Origin: Chiloscyllium plagiosum
Lineage: Eukaryota
NCBI RefSeq assembly: GCF_004010195.1
Contig: NC_057731.1
Coordinates: forward strand, 13,044,145 to 13,108,144
Length of the DNA stretch: 64,000 nucleotides
Direction of reading: 5' to 3'
The notes under the pieces: generated by a model
Told to the model about the DNA's origin: nothing
The model's input: only the letters and a program-made list of their open reading frames with translations
Databases searched by the model: none
In this document: piece after piece, positions 38,357-49,671 of the stretch
Layout of the letters: each line of letters starts with the position of its first letter
Numbering within the stretch: position 1 is the first letter of the stretch
Program-made: the position numbers and the translations under genes

Positions 38357-38931
38357 CTCATACAAGACAATATTGTTGCAAAAACTAAACAGAGTTTTCA
38401 TACAGAGCAAACAATTTAAAAAAGATAATGTGCAATAAAACTTATCCATGAGTTAAAGGCCTTTAAACAAAACCACTGATTGTGATTACATTACAATCAT
38501 TACACCAGTGTAATGTTTTGATGATATGAAAGGAAAAATGCAAATATTTTTCATTCTTTCTGAATAAGTAGCAACACAAACAGAAAGAGATAGCAGAGGT
38601 TTCTTTGTGTAAATGTTTATTTATCCATGCATGGGAGATAGTGTGAAAATGCTGCAGCTTTAAGAGGTTATTTAGTTCTGGTTTCTTTTAAGAGGGAGAT
38701 TGAACGAGAAGGACTGAACTGGCTACTGAACATCACTGAGGCTTGGGAGGCCTTCGGTTTTTGTTAATGCAGCCTGAATGGGTGTAGGCAACTCTCACAG
38801 ATCAGGATTTCTGAGCAGCATCAGAAGCTATTGGGGTCTCTACAGAGTTGGCAGCTTCAGTGAATGTCTCCTGGCTGCTACTCTCTCTTAATTTTCTCTT
38901 TTCCTCCTGGATTGGAGAACTGCATGTAAGA

Positions 38932-39163
38932 GCTGAAAAATGTGTTGCTGGAAAAGCGCAGCAGGTCAGACAGCATCAAAGTAGCAGGAATATCGATGTT
39001 TCGGGCATAAGCCCTTCTTCAGGAATGAGGAGGGCTCATGAAGAAGGGCTTATGCCCGAACTGTTGATTCTCCTGCTCCTTTGATGCTGCCTGACCTGCT
39101 GCGCTTTTCCAGCAACACATTTTTCAACTCTGATTTCCAGCATCTGCACTCCTCACTTTCTCC
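38932..39163. mobile_element. PLE pLTR fold-back insertion
   Basis: 15-bp TSD gaactgcatgtaaga at 38917-38931 and 39164-39178; inverted arms of ~85 bp. Confidence 0.9.
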
Positions 39164-39549
39164 GAACTGCATGTAAGAATCTATGTCTGAATTTTTCTTT
39201 ATTTTTTGGCAAGAGGTGTGTTTATGGGATGTTACTATATTGAAACAGTTAATTAGTAACAGTTACTGTATCTGTTATTCTGTCAAATTTCCAGTCGAGT
39301 TAAGTTATTCTGAATTCCTCTTTCTTTGGTTGTGTTAAACTACAGTGTTTAAATAAATTGTGTTATGTTAACGTTGAGTAGTTTGAATTGTCGCATTACA
39401 TCTGGAACAGAAACTTTACATTTACCTTGAAAATAAGAAAACATTAGGGTGTAGGCTACCTTCTTAAAATATTTTGAGGTGATCTGGTCTGCTCCATAAC
39501 AAGTTGGGGGTTCTTTTCAGGAACAAAATTCGTAATTCTAAGTTGGAAT

Positions 39550-39872
39550 TAGAATTCCTATAGTGCGGAAACAGGCCCAATAATCCACAGCGATCCTCTG
39601 AAGAGATACTCACCTCCCCACCCTATATTTCCCCAGATCAATGCACCCAACGTATACATTCCTGCATACTATGGGCAATTTAGCATGGCCAATTCACCTG
39701 ACCTGCACATCATTGGACTGTGGGAGGAAACCTGAGCACCTGGAGGAAACCCACAGGGACAGAGGGGAGAATGTGCAAACTCCACACAGACAGTTGCCCA
39801 AGGCTGGAATCGAACCTGGATCCCTGGTGCTATGAGGCAGCAGTGCTAACCACTGAGCCACCAGGTCACCCC
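39550..39872 (-). mobile_element. HE1 SINE
   Basis: Reverse complement of head and core. Confidence 0.9.
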
Positions 39873-41266
39873 ATGCGTTTAGGATTGTTGGACTCAAACA
39901 CTGAGCATGGTAATTGTTGATGTCGTTTTTTCAGGTGTTGAATTCAGTTGGTTCAAACAGGGTGTGCCTTGTGTTGTAATGGCTCTTCCAATCAGTAAGA
40001 AATTTCTGGGAGTTGAAGAAGTGACTTTGGGAGTGAAATGAGGAAAAGAAAGCTTTCAGAATTGGCAAACAAGCTGGTGTTTGGGTTGCCTGCATCTGTG
40101 AGGAAATTGCCGCAGATGCCATCTGAATCTCTGGAATTGGCTAAAATTCAACTGCAAATGAAGTAACTTGAATTAGAGGCATAAGAAAGAGAAAAGGAAA
40201 TGAAACAGTTTGAATTATGATTAAAAGCATAGAAGAAAGAAAGGGAGAGGAAGGCCTTAGCGGAAGAATAAGAAAATTCAAACAGAGTAGCAGCCAGGAG
40301 ACATTTATTGAAGCTTGCACTCTATTGAGATGCCAATAGCTTCTTATGCTACTCAGAAATCCTGATCTATGAAAGCTGGCCACACCCATTCAGCTTGCAT
40401 TAACAAACGGCCTCCCAAGCTGTTTATTCCAGTGATTTTCAGTAGCCAGCTCAGCACCTCTCGTTCAATCTCTCCCTTAAAAGAAACCAAGACAAAATAC
40501 CCTCTTAAAACTACAGCAATGCCACAATAGACACATCAAGAAAATGGTGTACAGTTCAAATTTTATTGCAAGAACTAAGGTTTTAACCTATTTTTACAGA
40601 TAACAAGTTTCCAATTGCAGGATACACTTTTACTCACCCCCTACCTCCAACCAACCAGATTCACAAAATTCACATTCCAAATTAGAACACATGGACTACA
40701 TTGTCCAATCACGTTCTCACTAAAACATATGACTATATTATCCAATCACATCATGACATGTTCACACTTCAAACTGTTCATAAGGACTTCACAATTACCA
40801 GTAAACCTGTACTGTTTACATACTCCCTTTCAAGGATAAAAAGCAAGTTTTTGTAAAGAGTTAATTAAAAGGTTGAAGCACACTAGAGTTACCAGATCTG
40901 AGTAGGCTGCATCTCAAGTTGCTGAGGCAAATGAGTTTGGAGACCATGGAGACATTGGTTGTATCTCCAATTCCCTGGAGCTGTGAAGAATGGGACTGGC
41001 CTTGTTGCCGTGGAACGCTCCAAGAAGTTGGGTCCTTCCATATCACCTGACCTTCATGGAGTGATTTGCAGTGAAAAATACCTTTGACCACAAGTCCATC
41101 AAGAAGTAGTCAGCACGTAATGTCCTCAAGATCAGATGGGAAAAGGAGAGGGTGGATCCTGTCAATTTGTTCACTGAGCAGACTGTCAAAGTCATTTAGC
41201 AGAATGTTTCATCACCAGAACTTTCCAACAAGGACCAAAACATCACTTGGCTAGTGTTGAGAAGGG

Positions 41267-41485
41267 AAAAAGTGAGGACTGCAGATGCTGGAGATCAGAG
41301 CTGAAAATGTGTTGCTGGAAAAGCGCAGCAGGTCAGGCAGCATCCAAGGAACAGGAGAATCGACGTTTCGGGCACAAGTCCTTCTTCAGGAAGGTTCCTG
41401 AAGAAGGGCTTGTGTCCGAAACGTCGATTCTCCTGTTCCTTGGATGCTGCCTGACCTGCTGCGCTTTTCCAGCAACACATTTTCA
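41267..41485. mobile_element. PLE pLTR fold-back insertion with hammerhead cores on both strands
   Basis: 17-bp TSD gctagtgttgagaaggg at 41250-41266 and 41486-41502; ~95-bp near-perfect inverted arms separated by a 2-nt spacer. Confidence 0.92.
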
Positions 41486-42025
41486 GCTAGTGTTGAGAAG
41501 GGCACAACCTATGAGATCCTTCATGTGTGCCCGGACTCTCTGACCTGCTGCACACTGCCCTCAAAGCAGTTGTTGTAGAGACTGTCACATGTCTCCTGCT
41601 GGAATGTGTCTGAGCGAAGGAAATCTGGAGAAAGATGCAGTAGTTTTCGCCGAGGTTGGTCCTGAGCAGCTCAATGACGCAGGACTCTGCATTCTACAGT
41701 CAGTTCCCCGCTACGCACACCAAGACAAACATCGACCACACCTGGAAGACCGTCAACTCAGTGAAAGATGCTCTTTGGTCTGCCTGAAATCTGTTGGTCT
41801 TCCGGTGTAAAGAGTTGACCTCAACTAAGTGTTGCAGACTGGCACATTCCAAGGTCCAGGACTATATGCTGAGGGGCGCACTAACACTTGGGGTAGCTGC
41901 CACCAAGGCGTAGTGGGGATAGACCACTGTCTGAGGACAATGGGAGCTCACTCAATTATCAGGCCCTCAAATGGATGTAAATGCAGTCTTGAACAAGTAA
42001 GAAATGTCTTGGGTTTGTTTGTTCT

Positions 42026-42312
42026 CGGTGGCACAGTGGTTAGCATTGCTGCCTCACAGTGCCAGAGACCCAGGTTCAATTCCCACCTCAGGCGACTGTC
42101 TGTGTGGAGTTTGCACATTCTCCCCGGGTCTGCGTGGGTTTCCTTCGGGTGCTCCGGTTTCCTCCCAAAATTGTGCAGGTCAGGTGAATTGGCCATGCTA
42201 AATTGCCCGTAGTGTTAGGTGAAGGGCTAAATGTCGGGGAATGGGTCTGGGTGGGTTGATGTGGACTTGATGGGCCTAAGGGCCAATTTTCACACTGTAA
42301 GTAATCTAATCT
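42026..42312 (+). mobile_element. HE1 SINE
   Basis: tRNA head, core, taatctaatcta tail. Confidence 0.9.
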
Positions 42313-42499
42313 AAAATATGTAAAGATTGTTCAGATTTAAACTGCTTTAGTGGCTATGGATGTGTATAAACATTTTTTTATGAATAAAGTATATTTTTGG
42401 AAAAAAATCACCTTCGATATGAGAGTGGTTCCAGAGAACTAGTATATTGCAAGTGTCACAGCAATTTCAAAAAGGCGGGAATGATAAACCTGGAAAAGG

Positions 42500-43578
42500 C
42501 ATATCAAGACAGGACTTAGACACCTAATAGTAAGGTCCTGGGGAGTGTTGCTGAACAAAGAGGCCTTAGAGTGCAAGTTCATAGCTCCTTGAAAGTGGAG
42601 TAACAGATAGATAGGATAGTGACGAAGGTGTTTGCCTTTGTTAGTTAGTGCATTGAGTTAATTAGTGCATTAGGAATTGGGAGGTCACACTGTGGCTGTA
42701 AAGGACATTGGTTAGGCCACTTTTGGAATATTGTGTGCAATTTTGGTCGCCCTGCTACAGGAAGGATGTTTTGAAGCTTGAAAGGGTTCAGAAAAGATGT
42801 ACAAGGATGTTGCCAGAGTTGGAGGGTTTGAGCTATAGGGAAAGGTCAAATTATCTTGTGCTATTTTCTCTGGAGCATTGGAGGCTGAGAGATGACCTTA
42901 TAGAGGTTTATAAAATCATGAGGGGCATGGATAGGATAAACAGACAAGGTCTTCTTCCTGGAGTGGAAAAGTCCAGAACTAGAGGGCATAGGTTTAGGGT
43001 GAGAGGGAAAAGATTTAAAAGTGACCTAAAGGACAACTCTTTCACGCAGGGGTTGGTAAGTGTATGGAATGAGCTGCCAGGGGAAGTGGTGGAGGCTGGT
43101 ACAATTACAACATTTAAAAGAAATCTGGATGGTTATCTGAATTGAATTGAATTGAATTGAATTTATTGTCACGTGTACCAAGGCGCAGTGAAAGGCTTTG
43201 TCTTGTGAGCAGTGCAAGGCAGATCACAGGTTAAGTAGCATAGATAAGTAAATAATAGGTAAACAGCGGCAAAAACAAAAACACAGGTACAGGCGAATGT
43301 TAAGAGTTTGTGAGACCATTCAGTATTGCAACAACAGTAGGTAGAAACTGTTCTGAAACCAGCTGGTGCGTGTGTTCAGGCTTCTGTACCATCTCCCCGA
43401 TGGTAGAGGCTGTAGAAAAACATCGCCAGGGTGGGATGGATCTTTGAATAGGAAGGTTCAGAGAGAAATGGCCGAATGCTGGCAAATGGGACTAGATTTA
43501 TTTAGGATATCTAGTCAGCATGGACAAGTTGGACCAAAGGGTCTGTTTCCATGCTGTACATCTTGATGACTCTATGAC
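42500..43578 (+). mobile_element. CR1/HER1 3' end interrupted by a Rex1/Babar-like tail
   Basis: ORF 42708-43145 VRPLLEYCVQFWSP..LERVQKR; resumes ~43445 and ends gactctatgact. Confidence 0.9.
43139..43445 (-). mobile_element. Rex1/Babar-like LINE 3' tail
   Basis: (GAATT)n tail; reverse strand reads FLPTVVAILNG, like the element at 33.8 kb. Confidence 0.7.
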
Positions 43579-44513
43579 TTACAATGAACCAGCAGGCAGC
43601 CTAACCTCAGAACTGGTGACATTTTAGAGATATCAATTTGAGAAAATAATAACTTTCATTGGGACAATTAGGTGACAGATGACATGGCGTTATTAAAGTA
43701 AATCATGTTTGACTAACTTGTTTGAAGTAACAGATGACATTGCAAAAGGCAAAATAATTGATTTTCTGCAGATAGATCTCCAACAGGTGCTTCCGAAAGA
43801 AATAGACAGTTTTGTTTGCAAATTTGAAACTGTGGGATTAAAGAGACACTGGCTACAAAATGGACCAGACAATAATAAGGATGGTGAACTGTTGCTTTTG
43901 AGACTGAAGCCTAATATATTGTTTGAATGGAATCGGGGATCTTGGAATTATTTAGAACAATAGTGTACCTCCAGAACCCTAAAGGATTAAAAAATAAATG
44001 GAGAAAGTTCTGAGAAACAGGACGAACTAGAATGAGTGAATTCGCTGTCACATCAAGTTTAGTAAGGAAAAGTGAAACAAAGATTGATTTATAGTAGATA
44101 AAATGAAAATGAAAGTAACATTTAGAAACTCTAAACATTTGCATATATACACTTTTAAATTCCCCAATACTGTGCTGCCCGAAGGAACAAATTCCACACT
44201 TGTAATTGTTAACTTTCTTGATGAGTGAGCGTGATTAGGAGTTATCACCAATTATCCCGTTGTGAAAATTGTACTTACATTATTAGCTACCAGACTTAAT
44301 TTTCTGTGGCAAATTTGATGGGCCATTAATTTGCAAATGCAGCAAATTAGGAAATCACTAGAAGTTATATCCAAAATACCCATTTCCACAAATAGTTCAG
44401 CAGTTTCTGGCAATTTGCAATTGACAGGGGTACAACATCCTGTTTATAATTTAATGAAACCATTACAATAAATCTGGGTTTCAGAAATCACAATAGGGCA
44501 AATAGTGATTAGA

Positions 44514-44747
44514 AGTTAGTGAGCAGTGCTGTTGCTGGAAAAGTTAGAGTCAATAAAGTGTGACGCTGGAAAAAGCCCAGCAGGTCAAGCAGCATCCGAG
44601 GAGCAAGAAAGTCAATGTTTTATGCTTAATCCTTCATCAGGACTTGCAAGAGAATTGTTGTTTTAGGCTTAAACCCGAAACGTTGACTCTTTTGCTCTTC
44701 GGATGCTGCCTGAACTGCTGTGCTCTTTCCAGCACGGCACTATATCA
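44514..44747. mobile_element. Older PLE pLTR fold-back insertion
   Basis: 14-bp TSD aaatagtgattaga at 44500-44513 and 44748-44761. Confidence 0.8.
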
Positions 44748-45469
44748 AAATAGTGATTAGAGGGTGGAATAAAACATGGAAAGCATTGGCGGTAAATGTC
44801 TTATTTAAGACTGAAGACTGCAGAAGCTCGCTGATGTGGAATATACATGAACTATCATTAGAGCTCACCATCATTATCTAAGGCTGTTATCAATAACAAT
44901 ACTGAAACTGAAGAGATGGGAGATATTGTAAATGCCACCTATTTGAGCCTGGCAGGAAGCTGGTGCATGCTTGCTCTGTTGTGAGGATGCTGTCATGGCT
45001 GCAGCAGGAAGCAGATTTCAGCAAGCACGCCCTTATTGAAACTCACTGTTCCTTACTGATGCTGAGGAAGATGAATTGCTCCCTGGAGACTCTGGTTGGA
45101 TGTTGCTTCATGATGAGAAACCTATTCACACAGCTCTTCCTCTTCATGCTCCTTGTCATCTCTGTTCAGTCTCCTTGTCATGTTGCTGTCCTAGGGGAAT
45201 ATATTCTGCTGCACCCGTCGCCGAGAGTTATGTCAAATCAATGCAGATTTGCCACATGATTCCCTGTTGCACCAACATCCATCAAAAATTAGTCAGCAGC
45301 TCACTGGAAAGTAATTGATCCTCTTTTGAACCATGTTTGGGGTTACAGTCCTTTCTGCCACTGTGCAAGGTTTAAGAGATGATGTTAGCTGAAGAATGGA
45401 GTTCTGACATGCCAGTGCTAAGGTGAAATCTTAGGCATTAGGAACAGAGATTTGTTTCTAACTCAGAAT

Positions 45470-45630
45470 GGTGAGTGGCTGAGAAGGGAGCTGGCAGGTA
45501 ATAGTGTTTCCATGTATCAGCTAACCTTGTCCTTCTTGGTGAAAATTGTTCGGAGTTTGGAAAGTGCTGGCGAAGGAACTTTAGTGAATTTCTTCAGTCT
45601 ATCTTGCTGGTGCTACGCAATGCTACTACT
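45470..45630 (-). mobile_element. LINE family B fragment
   Basis: Similar to the reverse complement of 29900-30070. Confidence 0.55.
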
Positions 45631-47019
45631 TTACATTACTAAAATGCTTTACGTTGCCTTGTTTAATTTTGAACTTGAAATATCTTCATTTTGACAGCTG
45701 CCAATTTCCCATTAATGACGTCCTTAACTAGTTTAGTTTCCAGTCCACAGGAGCTAGATCCATGACTAAAATACCTGAAATAGAATTTCACCCAGTTGTG
45801 CAATCACTTTTGATTCTTCTTTGTCTCTTCCAATAATTGTTTTAAACTTCCTTACACTATCATCACAATAATCCAAGATACTCTCTTCCTTCAAGATGCT
45901 TGAATTGCTGGAGAAACTCAGCTGGTCTGGCAGCATCTGTGGAGAGAGAAGCAGGGTTAATGTTTTTTGAGATCAGTGACCCTTCGTCATAATGCTTGAA
46001 TTGCCCAGATCCAGACTGAGTGATCCTGTGAGAAATGCATTAACTTACGGCACATCTCTTGCATGTGTTTTAAGATTCTTCACCCTTCTAGCTCCTTCCT
46101 CTGCTTCTTCTGATTCTTATTGTTCTATTCTTTTTGCATCTTTCTGAAGTTTGCTGACAAATCACTCTTCTACATCCTACTTACTATTTGGAATTTACAG
46201 TAGGCAACAGCTCCTTTCCTTACCTCAAACCAAATGTATTCAGTCTTTGAATCCATTACATTGGCATCTCTCTGTAGAATAGTAACCTGGAATAGCTTTG
46301 ATTAATATTGCCATCCCCACCCTCCAAACACTTTGCTCTTATTTCATTTTCCTTCTCTAATCCCTCCTTGAATTCATTGATGACGGAAATGTTTAGTTCC
46401 CACACCTACTCATGGCTCAGACAGGGCTCTGTATAGTCACTACATCATAACTCCATGTGGAAACTTTCTCTTGTAACTCACCAATTTTAGATGTAATGTT
46501 CCTTACATGAGCATGTTTACATTCTGACACAGCTTTGTTTTGAACCTTCATTTCATGTCATTTCCTATTATTCTTTGCTCTGTTACTGTTTGTCTCCATT
46601 ACCTTCTGCACATCTTCTCCCTCTCTTTGACTGTTACTCCCTGGTACCTCTCTGACTGTCTAATTATTCGAGTTCTCCTCTATGCTGTCATTATTTGCCC
46701 TATCATGATGTTGAATCAAATTCTGTTCAATTACGGATTTTTACATCAGGTCAATAGATTCCCTCTCAGAATCCTATTGAAACTTATCAGCATTTTAAAC
46801 ATTTCAGGAAGACCTTTCCTTAACTTTTCACACTCCAGGTGGTTGTCAGGGATGCCTGCGTATCATTATCCACAGGCACACGTGTGGCAATGGGAGCCAA
46901 TGTTGGAAATGTGATGCTTTGAGTGGAGGTTGTGTTTCTGCAGAAGTGGGCTCTGTGATTCTCCTCAATCACACCGCATGTGGTGTATGTGGCTTATAGC
47001 CCATGGAAAGTCTTTCATT

Positions 47020-47393
47020 GTTCACTCTCCATCGTAATAACAAAGCAATTAATTCTTTATGGAAGTCCAGTTTTTGTTGCTGTGCAACAGGTGAGAATAT
47101 CAACAGAGCGAACATGCAGCAAGTTTCACATAACAAGAAGAAAATAATAAGCCCAGTTGGTGGCTGGGGGCGAGTTGATATTTTGTATTTGAGCTGGGCT
47201 TCAACACATTTTCCCCAGATTCTCAGCAACGTGCTGCTTTAAATTTCCGTTCTCGATTTCAATTGTGAAAAATCTGAGTACTGTGTAAGTTGCGAGGAGT
47301 ATGTGAAGAGCTAAGCAGACCTGGTTCTACCTTTGCTGCTGATTAAGGGAAGCAGAAGTGAAGCCGCAGCTGACCGTCTTTACTCTGATCATC
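47020..47393 (+). promoter_or_regulatory. IFIT copy 3 promoter/5' UTR module, paralogous to 30340-30684 and 52310-52940
   Basis: Shared blocks ttaattcttt.tg.aagtc, ataaca.aa.aaaa.aata, gagttgatattttgtatt and ctttactctgatc. Confidence 0.65.
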
Positions 47394-47398
47394 ATGAA
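47394..47398 (+). CDS. IFIT5: IFIT copy 3 exon 1 coding part (ATG AA)
   Basis: atcATGAA|gtaagagagatt, homologous to the copy 2 donor (gtaagagagatt); joining to 49672 gives MNDTAKDS in frame; 2273-nt intron. Confidence 0.7.
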
Positions 47399-47514
47399 GT
47401 AAGAGAGATTTTTATGTGAAAATAGCAGGTGCGGTGAAGTGTCAGCTGTAGCTCTGTGGCAACACCTTTCTCAGATTAATCTGTAGGATTTGGGGAAGGA
47501 TTGGTCTCTGTCAT

Positions 47515-48745
47515 TGACTCATAGAGTTCGGCCCAACTTGGCCATGCCGCCCAGTTTTTACAATTAATCTAGTCCCATTTGGCTGCATTTGGTCCATTTC
47601 CCTCCATACCTATCCAAGCCTTGTACCTGTCCAAATGTTTCTTCAATAACAAAGTTGTACTTGCCTCCATGACTACCTCTGTTCCAAATACTCAACACCC
47701 ACTGTGCGAAAAAAAGTTGCCCATCTGGACCCTTTTGTATCCCTCCCTTTTAACTTATGTCCTCGAGTTTTAGACTCCCCTACCATGAGGAAAAGCTGTT
47801 GGCTATCTATGCCTCTCATGATTTTATAGACCTCTATTAGGTCACCCCTTAGTCTCCTACGCTCCAAGGAGAAAAGTCCCAGCGTATCCAACCTCTCTTT
47901 ATAACTGAAACCTTCCAATCCAGATAGCATGCTAGTAAATCTTTTCTGCACTTTTTCTAGTTTAACAATATCCTCACTATAGTAGGGTGACCAGAACTGC
48001 ATGCAGTACTCCAACTATGCCTTACCAAGGTCTTGTACAGCTGCAACAAGACATCCTCAAACCTATACTCAATGCTCTGACTGACGAAAGCCAGAATGCT
48101 AAAAGCCTTCTTTGACCTGTGACTCCACTTTCAAGGACACTTTCACAATGAACCAGTACCCCTAGATCTCCTTGTTGTATAACACTTCCCATGACCCTAC
48201 ATCGACTCAATAAATCCTGCCTTGGTTTGACCTATCAAAATGCAACACCTTGATTTCCCACGCACAAATCCATGCTGACTATCCCAAATGTGTTCTTGTC
48301 TCTCCAAATGCCTGTAGATCCTGTTTCTCAGAATCCGGTCTCATGATTTACCCACCATGGACATTAGGTTCACCAGCCTGTGGTTCCCAGGCATTTCCCT
48401 ACAGCCTTCCTTAAATAATGACACAACATTAGCCACCCTCCAATCTTCAGGCTTTGCTTCTGTGGCTGTCGATGATAGAAATATTTTTGCTAGGAGCTCC
48501 ACAACTTCATCTGTAATCTCCCACAAAGTCCCACTTCATCAGGTCCTGGGTATTTATCGACCTTAAAGCTTTTTAAGTTTTCCAGCACCTCCTCTTCTGT
48601 AATGTGGTTCTCTTCACTACATCACAGTTTATTTCCCCAAGTTCCCGAGCATCCGTGTCGTCTGTTAACCCTCCTGATATATCTTTTAAGTGTATTCTGA
48701 CACCCTGTTCACTTCTCATAGAATTCACTTGATCCCAGCTGCCTA
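47515..48745 (-). mobile_element. CR1/HER1 LINE in the predicted copy 3 intron
   Basis: Minus ORFs EYCMQFWSPYYSEDIVKLEKVQKRF and PEDWRVANVVSLFKEG. Confidence 0.9.
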
Positions 48746-48754
48746 TACATATTA

Positions 48755-48830
48755 TGCTGCCTGACCTGCTGTGCTTTTCCAGCAACACACTCTCATCTCT
48801 GATCTCCAGCATCTGCAAACATCACTGTCT
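48755..48830 (+). mobile_element. Short PLE pLTR insertion
   Basis: gctgcctgacctgctgtgcttttccagcaacac..; flanked by a near-direct repeat cctat(a/t)catattat. Confidence 0.75.
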
Positions 48831-48959
48831 CCTATTCATATTATATGCCTCCTTCGTTTACTTGAGCAAAGGCATCAAAAACTCTAGTTATCTAGGGTTG
48901 CCTACTCCTAACAGCCTTACCTTTCACTCCATCAGGAACATGCTGCCTCTGAACCTCCT

Positions 48960-49270
48960 CTGAGATTTGGCTGGAAATATTATGAAGGGAAAATGAGGTC
49001 TGCAGATGCTGGAGATCAGAGATGGAAATGTGTTGCTGGAGAAGCGCAGCAGGTCAGGCAGCATCTAGGGAACAGAAGAATCGACGTTTCGGGCATTAGG
49101 GAACAGATTCTTCTGTTCCCTAGATGCTGCCTGACCTGCTGCGCTTCTCCAGCAACACATTTCCAATATTATGAAGGGGAAATCAATGCATTGAGAAGGC
49201 GCTGGAGGAAGATCCTGATAATATTGAGTGGAATACAGCTCTTGCAACCTCACTGTTTCAAATTAATGAA
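48960..49270 (+). pseudogene. Relic IFIT exon-2 fragment
   Basis: tgagatttggctggaaatattatgaa[insert]..tgcattgagaaggcgctggaggaagatcctgataatattgagtggaatacagctcttgcaacctcactgttt aligns to LRFGWKYYE..CIEKALE.DPDNIEWNTA.ATSLF of the intact copies (e.g. 20762-20870). Confidence 0.9.
48990..49164. mobile_element. PLE pLTR fold-back inserted in the IFIT relic
   Basis: 14-bp TSD aatattatgaaggg at 48976-48989 and 49165-49178; perfect ~59-bp inverted arms. Confidence 0.92.
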
Positions 49271-49671
49271 TCCAATATGGGGAGCACTGGGAGTGGACTG
49301 CCCTGTAGGATCTGCTAACTTTCAAATTATAAATTAACTCAGAGCTTCAAGCAGCCTCGTATCAACTGCTCAAACCTTCAAGATCTTCATTGAAACCTTC
49401 CTGTGTTAATTTTCAGGAAGGCTGTGATTCTGTTTAACAGGATCATAAGGTTCAAATTCATGATGATTATTTTCAGCCTTTTCCCTGTCCACTAATATGT
49501 ACTGTCTGTTCATTTTGTTCTCTCCGTATGTTTCAGATTCTGGTTGTTATTTGAGTTTTTGAGACACTTATTGGCTTTGCTGAGATGCAGGTTGCCCAGT
49601 GTGAAATAGATTGCTAATTTCTTGCTGAAGGTTGAATTAAAACAAAAAATCTTTCCACCTGTTTCTTACAG

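Larger units (their letters stand above)
38620..40505 (+). mobile_element. Degenerate LTR element: LTR, PBS, gag start, then an inverted LTR piece
   Basis: LTR end ..ccataaca at ~39501 followed by ttgggggttc (tRNA-Pro-like PBS); gag-like E/K-rich sequence 39980-40270; 40275-40505 is the reverse complement of ~38670-38900. Confidence 0.55.
40985..42407 (+). mobile_element. Tx1/L1-clade LINE 3' end with nested insertions
   Basis: Degenerate H.L.EC zinc-knuckle region, W..VNSVKDALWSA.NLLVF, CCRLAHSKVQDY; ends atgaataaagtatatttttggaaaaaaa. Confidence 0.7.

Noticed and set aside
49622-49671. N-terminal extension MLKVELKQKIFPPVSY of copy 3
   Set aside because: TTG start inside the intron polypyrimidine/acceptor region; not open in the same way in the other copies.
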